A stretch of DNA of 58,958 bases, from positions 1-58,958 of the forward strand of contig JBAMLJ010000028.1 of assembly GCA_039793615.1 (NCBI GenBank), written 5' to 3'. A model generated the notes under the pieces. The model saw only the letters and a program-made list of their open reading frames with translations, did not search any database and was not told the DNA's origin. Each line of letters begins with the position of its first letter. Position 1 is the stretch's first letter. Source of the stretch: a bacterium. Lineage in GTDB: Bacteria; Patescibacteriota; Minisyncoccia; UBA6257. Made by a program: the position numbers and the translations under genes. Below, in pieces: positions 7,713 to 18,284 of this stretch.

Positions 7713-8918
7713 CTATTCTTTCTTTTTCTTTCTTAGAAAAGCTGGAATCTCTAAATCTTTTGCCTCTGCTTCAATCTTTTTAATTACGTCGTCTTCATTT
7801 TCCTCTTCTTGAACCGGTAATTTAGTTTCCACTCCCTTAACTTTTAATCCTAATGGTAATGGTGGATTAAATTCTCTAACTTCTTCTTCGAATCCCCCAG
7901 CAATTACCGTTACTTTCATTTCTCCTTTATTTAACTCTCTATCAAAACTAGTTCCAAAAATTACTTGGGCATCTTTAGAAATTGATTCTGTAATAACACG
8001 AGCAGCATTGTTAATTTCAATTAGAGTCATATCTCTTCCTCCACTAACATTAAACAAAACCCTTGTTGCTCCCTGAATTGATAAATCTAATAAAGGCGAG
8101 GAAATAGCTTTTTGAGCGGCAATTTTAGCCCGATCAGCACCCTTTGCCTTACCTAAACCAAGAATACTGGAGCCAGCATTTGTCATAATTGTTTTAATAT
8201 TAGCAAAATCTAAATTAATCAAGCCTGGATAAGCAATTAAATCAAATATTCCTTTCACTCCTTCTCTTAAAATTTCGTCGATTTTATTAAAAGCTTCAAG
8301 GATCGACGTTTTTTCATCAATAATATTAAAAACTCGATCATTAGAAATAGTTACAATAGCATCAACTTCATTGTATAATTTTTGCCATGCTTCTTCAGCA
8401 ATTTCCATTCTTTTATTTCCTTCAAAAGAAAAAGGTTTTGTCACTACAGCAATTGTTAAAGCACCTTGCTGTTTCGCTAAATTAGCTATTACAGGACTAG
8501 CCCCAGAACCAGTACCACCACCTAAGCCAGCAGTAATAAAAATCAAATCTGATCCCTTTATTGCTTTACTTATTTCTTCTAAATCTTCTTCGGCTGCTTC
8601 TTTGCCTTTTAAAGGATCCATTCCCGCACCTAAACCACGGCAAGACATTTTTCCAATCTGAATTTTAATATCAGCTTTAGTATGCTTTAATCCTTGAATA
8701 TCAGTGTTAATAGCGATTAATTCTATTCCCTCAATTCTTTTATCATATAATCTATTAATCACATTATTGCCACCGCCCCCAATTCCGATAATCTTTAATT
8801 TAATTTTCGAAGAAACCATGGTAGAATTTTTTTCTTTGGAGATCAAATGGATTACCTTTTCTTCTTCCCCTTTTTCTTTCGTTTTCAAAGAACGTTTTAA
8901 ATGTTTTATTTTTGTCAT
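7713..8918 (-). CDS. ftsZ: Cell division protein FtsZ
   Basis: GIGGGGNNVINR and the tubulin signature GGGTGSGASPVIA. The basic N-terminal extension is about 33 aa, so an internal start is possible. Confidence 0.95.
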   Translation of the reverse strand: MTKIKHLKRSLKTKEKGEEEKVIHLISKEKNSTMVSSKIKLKIIGIGGGGNNVINRLYDKRIEGIELIAINTDIQGLKHTKADIKIQIGKMSCRGLGAGMDPLKGKEAAEEDLEEISKAIKGSDLIFITAGLGGGTGSGASPVIANLAKQQGALTIAVVTKPFSFEGNKRMEIAEEAWQKLYNEVDAIVTISNDRVFNIIDEKTSILEAFNKIDEILREGVKGIFDLIAYPGLINLDFANIKTIMTNAGSSILGLGKAKGADRAKIAAQKAISSPLLDLSIQGATRVLFNVSGGRDMTLIEINNAARVITESISKDAQVIFGTSFDRELNKGEMKVTVIAGGFEEEVREFNPPLPLGLKVKGVETKLPVQEEENEDDVIKKIEAEAKDLEIPAFLRKKKKE

Positions 8919-8934
8919 AGATTATAATATTTTT

Positions 8935-10137
8935 TTATAAATTAAACAAATCTTTTATTTTTTCAAAAAAATTAATACCTAATTGAGGGGTATTATAGTT
9001 TTTCACTGTCAGAGATAATAAACCTAATGAAGGTACAAAAGAAGAATCCAGTTGGTCTTGATACCAATTGTTTTCTGTTTTAGCGATTCTTACTGGTAAT
9101 TTTAACCTATCTTTAGCTAAATCAATAATATAAGGCATTAAAGCACCTCCGCCAAAAAGAATAACTCCTCCCGGTAATTTGCCAAAGCGATTTAATTCTT
9201 TTAAACGTTCTCCCACTAAATCAAAAATTTCTGTGAGACGCGCCTCAATAATTTCTGCTACAAATTTTTTACTAAAATTCAAGTCTTCATTTTCTTCGAT
9301 ATTTTCTATAATATCTTTTAAATTGATTGTGGCTCCCTTTGATACTTTTTTAGCCAAAGCAATTCCTTCTTTTAATTTTATTTTTTCAGCTATATCAACA
9401 TAAGTTTTTAATCCTACTGCAATATCATTGGTAATATTATTTCCCCCTACAGGAAAAACTTTTAAATCAATTAATTCTCCTTCTTCGTAAACACACATTC
9501 CTGTTGTTCCACCTCCTAAGTCAATCGCTACTGCTCCCAAATCTTTATCTTGATTACTTAATGACCATTCTGCTCCAGCATAGGGAGTAATAATATAATT
9601 AAACTTCATTCCTAAAGTATCACTAACACGATTTAAATTACGCATCGCCATCGAAAAAGCATCAATTAATAAACATTCTACTTCTAATCTCAATCCTTTC
9701 ATTCCCGAAGGATCTTTTACTTTGTAATTACTGTCAATAATATAATTTTTAACAGTTGTTTGAACTAAAGTACGATTATTAGGCAAAACACAACTTTGAG
9801 CTGTTCTTAAAGCCCTTTCTTTATCATCTTCACTAATTTCACCGTCAGGTCTACTTATTACCGAAACCCCCTTAGAAATCCTTGTTTCTAAATGAGGTCC
9901 GTTTAATCCCACAACTGCTTCTTTAAAAAGAAAATTTTTATTAACACTGGAAATTTCATCAAACAAATCATCTAAATTATTCGCTACTGTTTCTACATTC
10001 TCTACCATCCCTTGTTTTACGCCTTGCGATTTTTTTAAGGCAGGAAAAACAATCTGCCAATTATCATTGGTATATTGTGCCACTAAAACTTTAATGTTAT
10101 TAGTTCCTAAATCTAAAACTAAAATATGGGATGGCAT
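8935..10137 (-). CDS. ftsA: Cell division protein FtsA
   Basis: Actin-like ATPase motifs VLDLGTNNIKV and AIDLGGGTTG, upstream of ftsZ. The start is placed at the first ATG. The ORF track extends to a TTG at 10161. Confidence 0.9.
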   Translation of the reverse strand: MPSHILVLDLGTNNIKVLVAQYTNDNWQIVFPALKKSQGVKQGMVENVETVANNLDDLFDEISSVNKNFLFKEAVVGLNGPHLETRISKGVSVISRPDGEISEDDKERALRTAQSCVLPNNRTLVQTTVKNYIIDSNYKVKDPSGMKGLRLEVECLLIDAFSMAMRNLNRVSDTLGMKFNYIITPYAGAEWSLSNQDKDLGAVAIDLGGGTTGMCVYEEGELIDLKVFPVGGNNITNDIAVGLKTYVDIAEKIKLKEGIALAKKVSKGATINLKDIIENIEENEDLNFSKKFVAEIIEARLTEIFDLVGERLKELNRFGKLPGGVILFGGGALMPYIIDLAKDRLKLPVRIAKTENNWYQDQLDSSFVPSLGLLSLTVKNYNTPQLGINFFEKIKDLFNL

Positions 10138-10170
10138 AGTAACAATTTTTATTTTTTCCAAAGAAATATA

Positions 10171-10587
10171 TTATTTATTTTTCAACAAAAGTGCAAAAAT
10201 CTTTTTTTCCAATTTTTCCATCTTTTGCCTTTCTTTTTCTTTTTGATGAGTGTAACCTAAAAGATGCAAAATTCCATGAATTAAAAGTTTTTGATATACA
10301 ATTTTTTCGGTAATTTTCCATTTTTGAGCACGTTTCTTAATTTCTTTAGGGCAAAGAAAAATATCTCCCTCTAAAAAAGTAATAATTGTAGTAATTTCAT
10401 TTTTCTTTCTCCAAAATGAATTAATTTTTTTAATTTTCAAAGGGGTAACGGCAATAATTGATAAAGATTCGATATTATTTTTAGGAAGATGTGACCAAAT
10501 TGTATTGATTGTATCTTTAAGAAGTTTACGGGGAATTCTAGTTTTCGAATAATTATAAATTAAAACTTCTGGTTTTTTAAAAACCAT
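10171..10587 (-). CDS. ybeY: rRNA maturation endoribonuclease YbeY
   Basis: HGILHLLGYTH zinc-binding motif, 138 aa. Confidence 0.85.
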   Translation of the reverse strand: MVFKKPEVLIYNYSKTRIPRKLLKDTINTIWSHLPKNNIESLSIIAVTPLKIKKINSFWRKKNEITTIITFLEGDIFLCPKEIKKRAQKWKITEKIVYQKLLIHGILHLLGYTHQKEKERQKMEKLEKKIFALLLKNK

Positions 10588-10588
10588 A

Positions 10589-10804
10589 TTAAATTAAACC
10601 CTTTTTACGTTTTAACTCCATTTCTTGTTTTACTCTTAAACGATGAAGAGCTGATAATTTTTTGCTTCTTTCGTTTGGTTTTTTATGGTAAAATTTTCTT
10701 TTTCGAGCTTCAATCAAAATTCCGCTTTTAGTTATTATTCTAGAAGCACGATTTAAAAAAGTTGATAAATTTTCTCCTTTTCTCCGTTTGATTGTAATAG
10801 GCAT
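10589..10804 (-). CDS. rpsU: 30S ribosomal protein S21
   Basis: Small basic protein of 71 aa. RKFYHKKPNERSKK is typical of S21. Confidence 0.88.
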   Translation of the reverse strand: MPITIKRRKGENLSTFLNRASRIITKSGILIEARKRKFYHKKPNERSKKLSALHRLRVKQEMELKRKKGLI

Positions 10805-10883
10805 AAAAATAAAAAAATTTTAATTTTTAATTTTTAAACATTTATCATTTATTTAAAATTTTGATTTTAAAATTTAAATAAAC

Positions 10884-10916
10884 CATACCAATACTGAATA
10901 CTCTATACTCAATACC
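10884..10916 (-). repeat. AGTATTN heptamer array
   Basis: Minus strand reads GGTATTG AGTATAG AGTATTC AGTATTG GTATG. It lies upstream of rpsU. Confidence 0.7.
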
Positions 10917-10920
10917 TTGC

Positions 10921-12234
10921 TTATATTCTTTTCTTTAATTCGTTTATTATTTTATCAAAAGGAATTGTCTCTTGCAAACCAGAAGTCATATCTTTTAAAA
11001 TTACCATTCCATTAATTACTTCTTCTTGCCCAATAATTAAAGCATAAGGAGTTTTTAACCGATCGGCATTTTTTAATTGTGATTTAATATTATCTTTTTC
11101 TAGATTATAAGCAACAGAAATATTATTATCTTTTAATTTTAATAAAAGTTTAAAAGCCTGTTTTTTAGCAGCATCACCTAATTGGATTAAAAATACTTTT
11201 GGTTGTGGAAATTCTATTTTCTTTTTAATAATCTTTAATTCTTCAACTAACCTTTCCACACCAAAAGCAACACCAACACTGGGGCGATCAATCCCTCCTA
11301 ATAACTTAACTAAATAATCATAACGACCACCTCCCGCAACAGCAAAATCTCCTTCTTTACTTTTACTTATCACTTCAAAAACAGTTTTAGTGTAATAATC
11401 TAATCCCCGTACCAATGTTTTATCTAAAACATAAGGAATTTCTAAATAATCCAATAAATCTAAAACAGTGGTAAAATGTTTTTTGCAATCATCGCATAAA
11501 TAATCTAAAATATTGGGAGCTTTTTCTTTAACATTTTGGCATTTATTATTTTTACAATCTAATACTCTTAAAGGATTTGTTTTTAAACGTTTTTTACAAT
11601 CTTCACAAATATTCTTATAATTAACTTCGTAATATTTTTTTAAGTCTTTTATATAGTTATGACGACATTTATTGCAGCCAATACTATTAATTCGAAACTC
11701 TAAGTTTTCGTCTTTAAAACCTAAAGATTTTAAAAATTCTCTTACTATTAAAATTAATTCTACATCCAATACTGGCGATTCATCACCAATAATTTCAGCA
11801 TTTAATTGATAAAATTGACGATATCTACCTGCCTGAGGTTTTTCATGACGAAACACTGGTCCAAATGAAAATAATTTTACGGGCTGAAGCCAATTAAACA
11901 TCCCGTTTTCTAAATAACTCCTAATAATACCCGCAGTATACTCTGGCCTTAAAGCTAACAATTCTCCTTCTTCTTTAGTTTTTAAAGTATACATCTCTTT
12001 TTCAATAATATCAGTATTAACTCCCACTCCTTTATTATATAATTCTGCCCTTTCTAGAAGTGGTGGCTCGCATCTTTGAAAACCGAAATATTCAAAAACT
12101 TTTTTTGCGTTTTCGTAAATATAATCATAATACAAAAAATCATTGGGTAAAATATCTTTCATCCCTCGCGGTGCCTGAAATTTTAATTTCTTAGATTGTA
12201 TTATTTCTTTATTATTATTTTTTGTATCGGGCAT
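10921..12234 (-). CDS. hisS: Histidyl-tRNA synthetase
   Basis: PRGMKDILP, RPEYTAG, FRHEKPQAGRYRQF and GGGRYD. The first ATG is at 12234 and a GTG at 12240 is also possible. It overlaps the lepB 3' end. Confidence 0.92.
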   Translation of the reverse strand: MPDTKNNNKEIIQSKKLKFQAPRGMKDILPNDFLYYDYIYENAKKVFEYFGFQRCEPPLLERAELYNKGVGVNTDIIEKEMYTLKTKEEGELLALRPEYTAGIIRSYLENGMFNWLQPVKLFSFGPVFRHEKPQAGRYRQFYQLNAEIIGDESPVLDVELILIVREFLKSLGFKDENLEFRINSIGCNKCRHNYIKDLKKYYEVNYKNICEDCKKRLKTNPLRVLDCKNNKCQNVKEKAPNILDYLCDDCKKHFTTVLDLLDYLEIPYVLDKTLVRGLDYYTKTVFEVISKSKEGDFAVAGGGRYDYLVKLLGGIDRPSVGVAFGVERLVEELKIIKKKIEFPQPKVFLIQLGDAAKKQAFKLLLKLKDNNISVAYNLEKDNIKSQLKNADRLKTPYALIIGQEEVINGMVILKDMTSGLQETIPFDKIINELKKRI

Positions 12235-12904
12235 AAGCACTATGGAACTGTTTAAAAATAAAATTAAAATTTATTGTTAATGGTTTTATCGGATTATTAA
12301 AAATAGTAATGCGATTTAAGGGCCAAACTCTTAACCAAACTCTTCCAACAATCTTATTTCGATCAAGTGGCCCCCAACTCCGAGAATCATAAGACACATT
12401 ACGGTTATCTCCTAAAACAAAATATTGATTTGGTTTTAATTTAATTAATAAATTCCCGTTAGTTAAAGTATTCGGCGATAAATAACTTTCATCTATATTT
12501 ATTTTTTTATTTTCAAAAGTAATAACAGATACTTCACCATTATTAATAATTACTGTTTCGTTAGGAAGGCCAATAATACGCTTGATATAATATTGTCCCC
12601 AAATTTTAGCTAACAAATTTAAACCAATAATATTTTTCGAATAATACAGAGCTCCTTGATCGGATGCCTTTAAAACAATTACTTCGTATCTTTGTGGATT
12701 ACGAAAATAATATGAAATCTCATCAACAATTAAAAAATCATTGGTGTAAAAATTAGGCTCCATGCTACTTCCCTTCACAATAAAAGGCTGAATTAAAAAA
12801 ATCTTTATCGGTATAACAATTGCTAAAGCAATCAAAACTAATTCAATATTTTCCCAAATAATTTGCTTATTTTCCCAAATAATTTGTTTTATCGTTTTAT
12901 TCAT
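12215..12904 (-). CDS. lepB: Signal peptidase I
   Basis: GSSMEPN (catalytic Ser box) and GDNRNVSYDSRSWGP (box E), with an N-terminal TM helix. Confidence 0.85.
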   Translation of the reverse strand: MNKTIKQIIWENKQIIWENIELVLIALAIVIPIKIFLIQPFIVKGSSMEPNFYTNDFLIVDEISYYFRNPQRYEVIVLKASDQGALYYSKNIIGLNLLAKIWGQYYIKRIIGLPNETVIINNGEVSVITFENKKINIDESYLSPNTLTNGNLLIKLKPNQYFVLGDNRNVSYDSRSWGPLDRNKIVGRVWLRVWPLNRITIFNNPIKPLTINFNFIFKQFHSAYARYKK

Positions 12905-12929
12905 AAGTATTTAAAGAGTATCACAAAAA

Positions 12930-13952
12930 TTGCTGAAAATCAAATTCTTTGCTAAATTATATTTAGTGTCTAAAAAATTATTTTTCTCAATTTTATTTAT
13001 TATTTTAGGGGTATTGTCGCTCCTTTTTATCTTATGGTATGGCTATTCCAAACCTAATATTTTAGAATTTTCTCGAAATAATAATTTTACTTTAATTCCC
13101 AGAAAAACAAGTATTAATATTTTGTTTTTAGGGGTTCCTGGTAGTGGCTATGAAGGATCCTATCTTACTGATACTATTTTTATTGTGAATTTAAATCCTA
13201 ATAATAATACCGTAACTCTTATTTCTATTCCCCGTGATTTGTGGATTAGGGTTCCCAATACTAATTATAAGTTAAAAATTAACGCTCTTTTTGCTTATGA
13301 CAATCCAAAATTAAAAGAACTTAATGAAGCAAAAAATTTCCAATCAATCAAAACTAAAATTTCGGAAATAACCGGTTTGAATATTGACTATGTTACTGTT
13401 TTTGATTTAGATGGCCTTAAAATTTTAATTGATCAAATTGGCGGCATTAATGTTTGGCTCGATAAAACTATTCTTGATCCGCGCTTTACAAATCCTTATG
13501 ATCCTAATGATATTTTTAATTTACCACCTGGATGGCACACTCTTGATGGTAAAACATCAATTAAATTTGTAAGAACAAGATATAATCCTCAGGGTGATTT
13601 TTATCGTATTAATAATCAACATTTAATTATTGGAGCAATAAAAGATAAATTAATTGATTTAATTAAGGTGTGGAGTATTACTGATTGGTTTAAACTCTGG
13701 CAATCTTTATCGAACCATTATATTACTAATATTGATTTTCCCACTTTATGGAATATCATTAGTAATTTCAAAAATGCTAATATTAAATATCTGACTCTGT
13801 CAAATCGCGAACCGGATAATTTACTTATAAGTACTTCAACTGAAGAATATTATAATAATGCCACTACTTCAGTTTATATTCTAATTCCTAAACAAGGATT
13901 TGAAAATTACGAAGAAATAAAAAACTATCTTAATAAAAATTTAAATCAATAA
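12930..13952 (+). CDS. LytR-CpsA-Psr (LCP) family cell-envelope transferase
   Basis: N-terminal TM helix followed by an LCP-like core (TDTIFIV, ISIPRDL, IKFVRTRY). TTG start, with no in-frame ATG nearby. Confidence 0.75.
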   Translation: MLKIKFFAKLYLVSKKLFFSILFIILGVLSLLFILWYGYSKPNILEFSRNNNFTLIPRKTSINILFLGVPGSGYEGSYLTDTIFIVNLNPNNNTVTLISIPRDLWIRVPNTNYKLKINALFAYDNPKLKELNEAKNFQSIKTKISEITGLNIDYVTVFDLDGLKILIDQIGGINVWLDKTILDPRFTNPYDPNDIFNLPPGWHTLDGKTSIKFVRTRYNPQGDFYRINNQHLIIGAIKDKLIDLIKVWSITDWFKLWQSLSNHYITNIDFPTLWNIISNFKNANIKYLTLSNREPDNLLISTSTEEYYNNATTSVYILIPKQGFENYEEIKNYLNKNLNQ

Positions 13953-13957
13953 TTTTT

Positions 13958-14536
13958 ATGGAAAAATTTCTTCTTATTGGTTTGGGTAATCCTGGGACAA
14001 AATATGAAAACACAAGACATAATATCGGTCAAATATTTGTATGGTGGCTAAAAAGCAATCTTAGTAATAATGATTTTACATATGATAAGCAATGCCTGAG
14101 TAAAATTATAAAGATTAATCTTATAATTACTAAACGAAAAAAAGAAAGAGAAATTGAAATTATTCTTGCCTTACCTCAAAGTTTTATGAATGAAAGTGGA
14201 AAACCAATAAAAAAACTTTTGGCCTATTATTATTTAAAACCAGAACAAGTTTTTATTGTTCATGATGATAATGATTTAAAATTAGGCGAGTTTAAAATTA
14301 CTTTTAACCAAAAATCTGCTGGCCATAAAGGTGTTAATTCAATTATTAATACCTTAAATACTCAAAAATTCCATCGCATTAAAATTGGTATTCAACCCCA
14401 AGAAGCATCCAAACGAATTAAAGCAGAAAAAATAGTATTACAAAAATTCACTCCCTTAGAAGAAGTTACTTTAAAAAAATTATTTCCCCAAATTAAAATT
14501 GCTTGGGAAAATTATTTAAGACAAATAATTAAATAA
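13958..14536 (+). CDS. pth: Peptidyl-tRNA hydrolase
   Basis: LLIGLGNPGTKYENTRHNIG, FMNESG and GHKGVNS. Confidence 0.9.
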   Translation: MEKFLLIGLGNPGTKYENTRHNIGQIFVWWLKSNLSNNDFTYDKQCLSKIIKINLIITKRKKEREIEIILALPQSFMNESGKPIKKLLAYYYLKPEQVFIVHDDNDLKLGEFKITFNQKSAGHKGVNSIINTLNTQKFHRIKIGIQPQEASKRIKAEKIVLQKFTPLEEVTLKKLFPQIKIAWENYLRQIIK

Positions 14537-14593
14537 TTAATTAAATAATTTCTTTAAAAACTGCCTTAGCTATAATTGATAAATTATAATTAG

Positions 14594-15244
14594 CTATAAT
14601 TGAAATAACAATATCCGACCTAAAAAAGTAAGAATCAAAGAAAACAGAAAACCATTGATTGATAAATAACTTAAAAGAAGAAATAATTCTACTTTAATCA
14701 AAATAAATATCCAATAATTAATTTGGATTTTTTTATTTTGAATTAAAAACAAATAAAAAGATAGGATGCTAATGCCTAATAAATAAATAATTAAGCCCAA
14801 ACTAAAAAATTGATTTCCGTAAAAATATAAACCATAAGACATTAAAGTCCAATTAAATTCACTAAAATAAAAAAGATAATTATTAGTCTCGGTTTGATTA
14901 TAAATAATTTTCTTAAAGAGAAAAAAAACAAAAATGAATAAATCAACTAAAATAAAAATTTTATTGAACCATACACTCAATAAAGACAAAGAAAAAATTG
15001 AAAATAATAGAAAATAAAAATTAAGCCAAGATAATCCTTGGATTATTTTCCATAAAAGCAAAATAATAATACTAACGATAATTTTTAATCCTAAAGAAAA
15101 ATTAAAAATAAAAGAAGAAAAAAGATAAACAAAAAATAATAAAGTAAAGAAAACACCTTTGAATAAAGACAAATCAAGAGGAACTGTTAGCTTGAAATTC
15201 CAAAAATATTTTTTAAGTTTAAAAAACAAATCTTTTAAAACCAT
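14594..15244 (-). CDS. Polytopic membrane protein of unknown function
   Basis: 216 aa, very Phe/Leu/Ile-rich with multiple predicted TM helices. It overlaps the clpB stop by 1 nt. I recognise no motif. Confidence 0.4.
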   Translation of the reverse strand: MVLKDLFFKLKKYFWNFKLTVPLDLSLFKGVFFTLLFFVYLFSSFIFNFSLGLKIIVSIIILLLWKIIQGLSWLNFYFLLFSIFSLSLLSVWFNKIFILVDLFIFVFFLFKKIIYNQTETNNYLFYFSEFNWTLMSYGLYFYGNQFFSLGLIIYLLGISILSFYLFLIQNKKIQINYWIFILIKVELFLLLSYLSINGFLFSLILTFLGRILLFQL

Positions 15245-17874
15245 TATTTCTTTGTTTTTATTATCAATCTCCCATTACTTTCATCAATAATCACAAGATC
15301 ATTACTTTTTATTTCTTGGCTAATTATCTTATCAGCTAATGGATTCACAACTTCTTTTTCAATTAATCTTTTAAGCGGTCGCGCACCAAAATTAGGATCG
15401 TAACCCTTCTGAGCCAAATATTTCTTTGCCTCTTTAGTAAATTCTAAAATAATTCCTTTTGCCCCTACTCTTTTTATAATCTTGTTAATTTGAATCTCAA
15501 CAATTTTTTCAATATTTTTAGGCGTTAAAGGATTAAAAATAATAATATCGTCGATGCGATTTAAAAATTCGGGACGGAAAAATTCTTGTAAAGCCTCTAA
15601 AATTTTAGCTTCTAATTTTTCTTTTTGGTTTTTATAATCATTATTTTCTTTATTACCATAAGCAAAACCTAAACCAGCAATTTCTTTGATATATTCCCCT
15701 CCTAAATTAGAGGTCATAATAATAATAGTATTGCGGAAATTAACAGTTCGTCCTTTTCCATCAGTTAAACGACCATTATCTAAAACCTGCAATAAAATAT
15801 TAAAAACTTCGGGATGAGCTTTTTCGATTTCATCAAAAAGAATTAAACTATAGGGACGATGTTTTACAATCTCTGTTAATTGACCACCTTCTTCATAACC
15901 AACATAACCAGGAGGAGAACCAATTAAACGAGCAACACTATATTTTTCCATATATTCAGACATATCAATTCTTACTAATGCTTTTTCATCATTAAACATA
16001 AATTCTGCTAAAGCACGTGCTAATTCTGTTTTTCCAACACCAGTGGGACCTAAAAACATAAATGACCCTAAAGGACGATCTTCCTCGGATAATCCGGCAC
16101 GGGCTCTTCTAATAGCGCGGCTAATTGCTTTAATTGCTTCGTCTTGGCCTACTACCCTTTGAGATAAAATTTCTTCCATTCGACTTAATTTTTGCATTTC
16201 ATCTTCAAGAATTTCTGTTACTGGAATACCAGTCCAACGAGAAACAACCCGAGCAACATCTTCACGAGTAACTATTTCTTTAAAGAATCTATCTTTCCCG
16301 GGGATTTTATTTAAAACACGCTCTAAAGAAGTAAGTTCTTTTTCTAATTGAGGAATCTTACCGTACACAATTTCTGCTACTTTTTCTAAATTACCATTTC
16401 TTTCTTCTTGTTGAGCCAATGAACGAGATTCTTCAAGTTCTTTTTTTATTTTCGCAATCGATAAGAATAACTCTTTTTCTTTTGTCCAACGATTAACTAA
16501 ATCATCATATTTCTTTTTCAATTTCTTTAATTCTTTATCAATTTCCTTTAAGCGTTCACCTAAATTTTCTTCCTTTTTCAAAGCCTCTTTTTCTAATTCT
16601 AAGTTTTTTATTTGTCTTTCTAATTCCAAAATTGGTAACGGAGTGCTACCAATTTCTAAGCTTAAAAGTGAAGCAGCCTCATCAATTAAATCAATAGCTT
16701 TATCAGGTAAATAACGATCAGTAATGTAACGAACTGATAACTGAACTGCAGCCACAATTGCATCATCAGAAATTTTTAATCCGTGATGAGCTTCATATTT
16801 TTCTTTTAATCCTCTTAAAATAGCGATGGCTTCTTCTTGACTGGGTTCCTCAACAACAACCGTTTGAAATCTTCTTTCAAAAGCTGGATCTTTTTCAATA
16901 TGTTCTCGATAATCACGATAAGTAGTAGCACCTATTAACCTTAACTCTCCTCTTGCTAAAGCTGGTTTTAATAAATTAGAGGCATCAATTGCTCCTTCAG
17001 CCGCACCAGCACCAACTAAAGTATGAATTTCATCAATAAAGGTAATAATAGTAGGGTCTTTTTGAATTTCTTTTAATACTTTTTTAAATCTTTCTTCAAA
17101 TTCACCACGAAAACGAGTACCAGCAATTAAAGCTCCTAAATCCAAAGAGATGATTCTCTTATTTTTTAAGATTTCTGGAACATCATTTTGTGCTATTTTT
17201 TGAGCTAATCCTTCAACAATTGCTGTTTTCCCCACACCTGCTTCCCCAATTAAAATTGGATTATTTTTAGTACGACGTGATAAAATTTGCATTACTCTTA
17301 ATAATTCTTTTTCTCGACCAATTACCGGATCTAATTTATTAGATTTTGCTAAAGCAACTAAATCTTGACTATATTTTTCTAAAATGCTTCCGGTGGGCTC
17401 AGTAAACTCATCCGTACTTTTTTCTTCTCCCACAAAAGAATGTAAAGCTTCTAAATATTTATCTTTATCAAGCTGATATTTTTTTATAATATCACTAGCA
17501 GAATTATTGGTCGCAATAATTCCGTATAATAAATATTCACAAGAAACATAATCATTTTTATCCTCAGTGGATTTTTTACTAGCAGTTTCTAAAATTTGAA
17601 TTATTTCTGGAGACAAATACATCTGTCCTATTTCTTCTTTATTAACAAAAATTCGCGGTAATTTTATTATCTCTTCTAAAATATCTTTCATTAAAGCTTC
17701 AATATCCAGATTAAATCCTTTATTTAAAATGTCTCTCACGCTTGTTTCCTCATCGTCTAATAAAGTATAAAAAAGATGAAGAGCTCTCATTTCTCCCTGA
17801 TGTCTTTCCCAAGCCATTTGTTGAGCACGTTCTAAAGCCGCCTGAGCTTTATTAGTAAATTTAGCAAAAGGCAT
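15244..17874 (-). CDS. clpB: Chaperone disaggregase ClpB
   Basis: Clp_N repeats, Walker [10 protein letters not shown] and GPTGVGKTE, a long coiled-coil middle domain, and GARPLKR. Confidence 0.93.
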   Translation of the reverse strand: MPFAKFTNKAQAALERAQQMAWERHQGEMRALHLFYTLLDDEETSVRDILNKGFNLDIEALMKDILEEIIKLPRIFVNKEEIGQMYLSPEIIQILETASKKSTEDKNDYVSCEYLLYGIIATNNSASDIIKKYQLDKDKYLEALHSFVGEEKSTDEFTEPTGSILEKYSQDLVALAKSNKLDPVIGREKELLRVMQILSRRTKNNPILIGEAGVGKTAIVEGLAQKIAQNDVPEILKNKRIISLDLGALIAGTRFRGEFEERFKKVLKEIQKDPTIITFIDEIHTLVGAGAAEGAIDASNLLKPALARGELRLIGATTYRDYREHIEKDPAFERRFQTVVVEEPSQEEAIAILRGLKEKYEAHHGLKISDDAIVAAVQLSVRYITDRYLPDKAIDLIDEAASLLSLEIGSTPLPILELERQIKNLELEKEALKKEENLGERLKEIDKELKKLKKKYDDLVNRWTKEKELFLSIAKIKKELEESRSLAQQEERNGNLEKVAEIVYGKIPQLEKELTSLERVLNKIPGKDRFFKEIVTREDVARVVSRWTGIPVTEILEDEMQKLSRMEEILSQRVVGQDEAIKAISRAIRRARAGLSEEDRPLGSFMFLGPTGVGKTELARALAEFMFNDEKALVRIDMSEYMEKYSVARLIGSPPGYVGYEEGGQLTEIVKHRPYSLILFDEIEKAHPEVFNILLQVLDNGRLTDGKGRTVNFRNTIIIMTSNLGGEYIKEIAGLGFAYGNKENNDYKNQKEKLEAKILEALQEFFRPEFLNRIDDIIIFNPLTPKNIEKIVEIQINKIIKRVGAKGIILEFTKEAKKYLAQKGYDPNFGARPLKRLIEKEVVNPLADKIISQEIKSNDLVIIDESNGRLIIKTKK

Positions 17875-17903
17875 AATAATATAATTTAAAATTACTATTT
17901 GAG

Positions 17904-17932
17904 ATTATAGCATAAAATTTCACAATTGAGAA
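17904..17932 (-). promoter_or_regulatory. Candidate clpB promoter with extended -10
   Basis: Minus strand reads TTCTCA, a 17-nt spacer, then TGC-TATAAT. It sits 29 nt upstream of the clpB ATG. Confidence 0.4.
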
Positions 17933-17972
17933 TATTTTATCGACCGAATCGCCTTTGACGTCTTTGAAATTC

Positions 17973-18284
17973 TTATAATTTAAATTTCTTTCTTAAATTA
18001 GAACTCATCATTTTAGGGTTCCAAGGAGGATCAAAAGTGAGTTGTAAGTCGACTTTACCAAATTTTAAATTAGTTAATGCTTCTTCAGTTTGCTTTATTA
18101 AGAAAGTATTAAAAGGACAAGTAATAGAAGTTAAAGTCATTAAAACCTTAATATTTTTTCTCTTTTTATCAATTTTTATTTGATAAATTAATCCCAGATC
18201 AACGATATTAATACCTAATTCAGGATCAAAAACATTTTTCAAAACTTTCTCAACATCTTTTTTAGTAATATTTTGTTTATTCAT
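17973..18284 (-). CDS. DUF59/MIP18-family (SufT-like) Fe-S assembly protein
   Basis: DPELGINIVDLGLIY and TLTSITCP, 103 aa. It overlaps the rpoC stop by 8 nt. Confidence 0.7.
   Translation of the reverse strand: MNKQNITKKDVEKVLKNVFDPELGINIVDLGLIYQIKIDKKRKNIKVLMTLTSITCPFNTFLIKQTEEALTNLKFGKVDLQLTFDPPWNPKMMSSNLRKKFKL

Noticed and set aside
8371-9403. Plus-strand ORFs 8371-8661, 8704-8940 and 9179-9403, antisense to ftsZ and ftsA
   Set aside because: They are the antisense frames of strongly conserved genes. Their Pro/Ser/Ile-rich translations are typical of shadow ORFs.
14566-14603. 14-bp direct repeat ttagctataattga (14566 and 14590) between the convergent pth and membrane genes
   Set aside because: It is short, AT-rich and overlaps a stop codon, and I could attach no function or structure to it.
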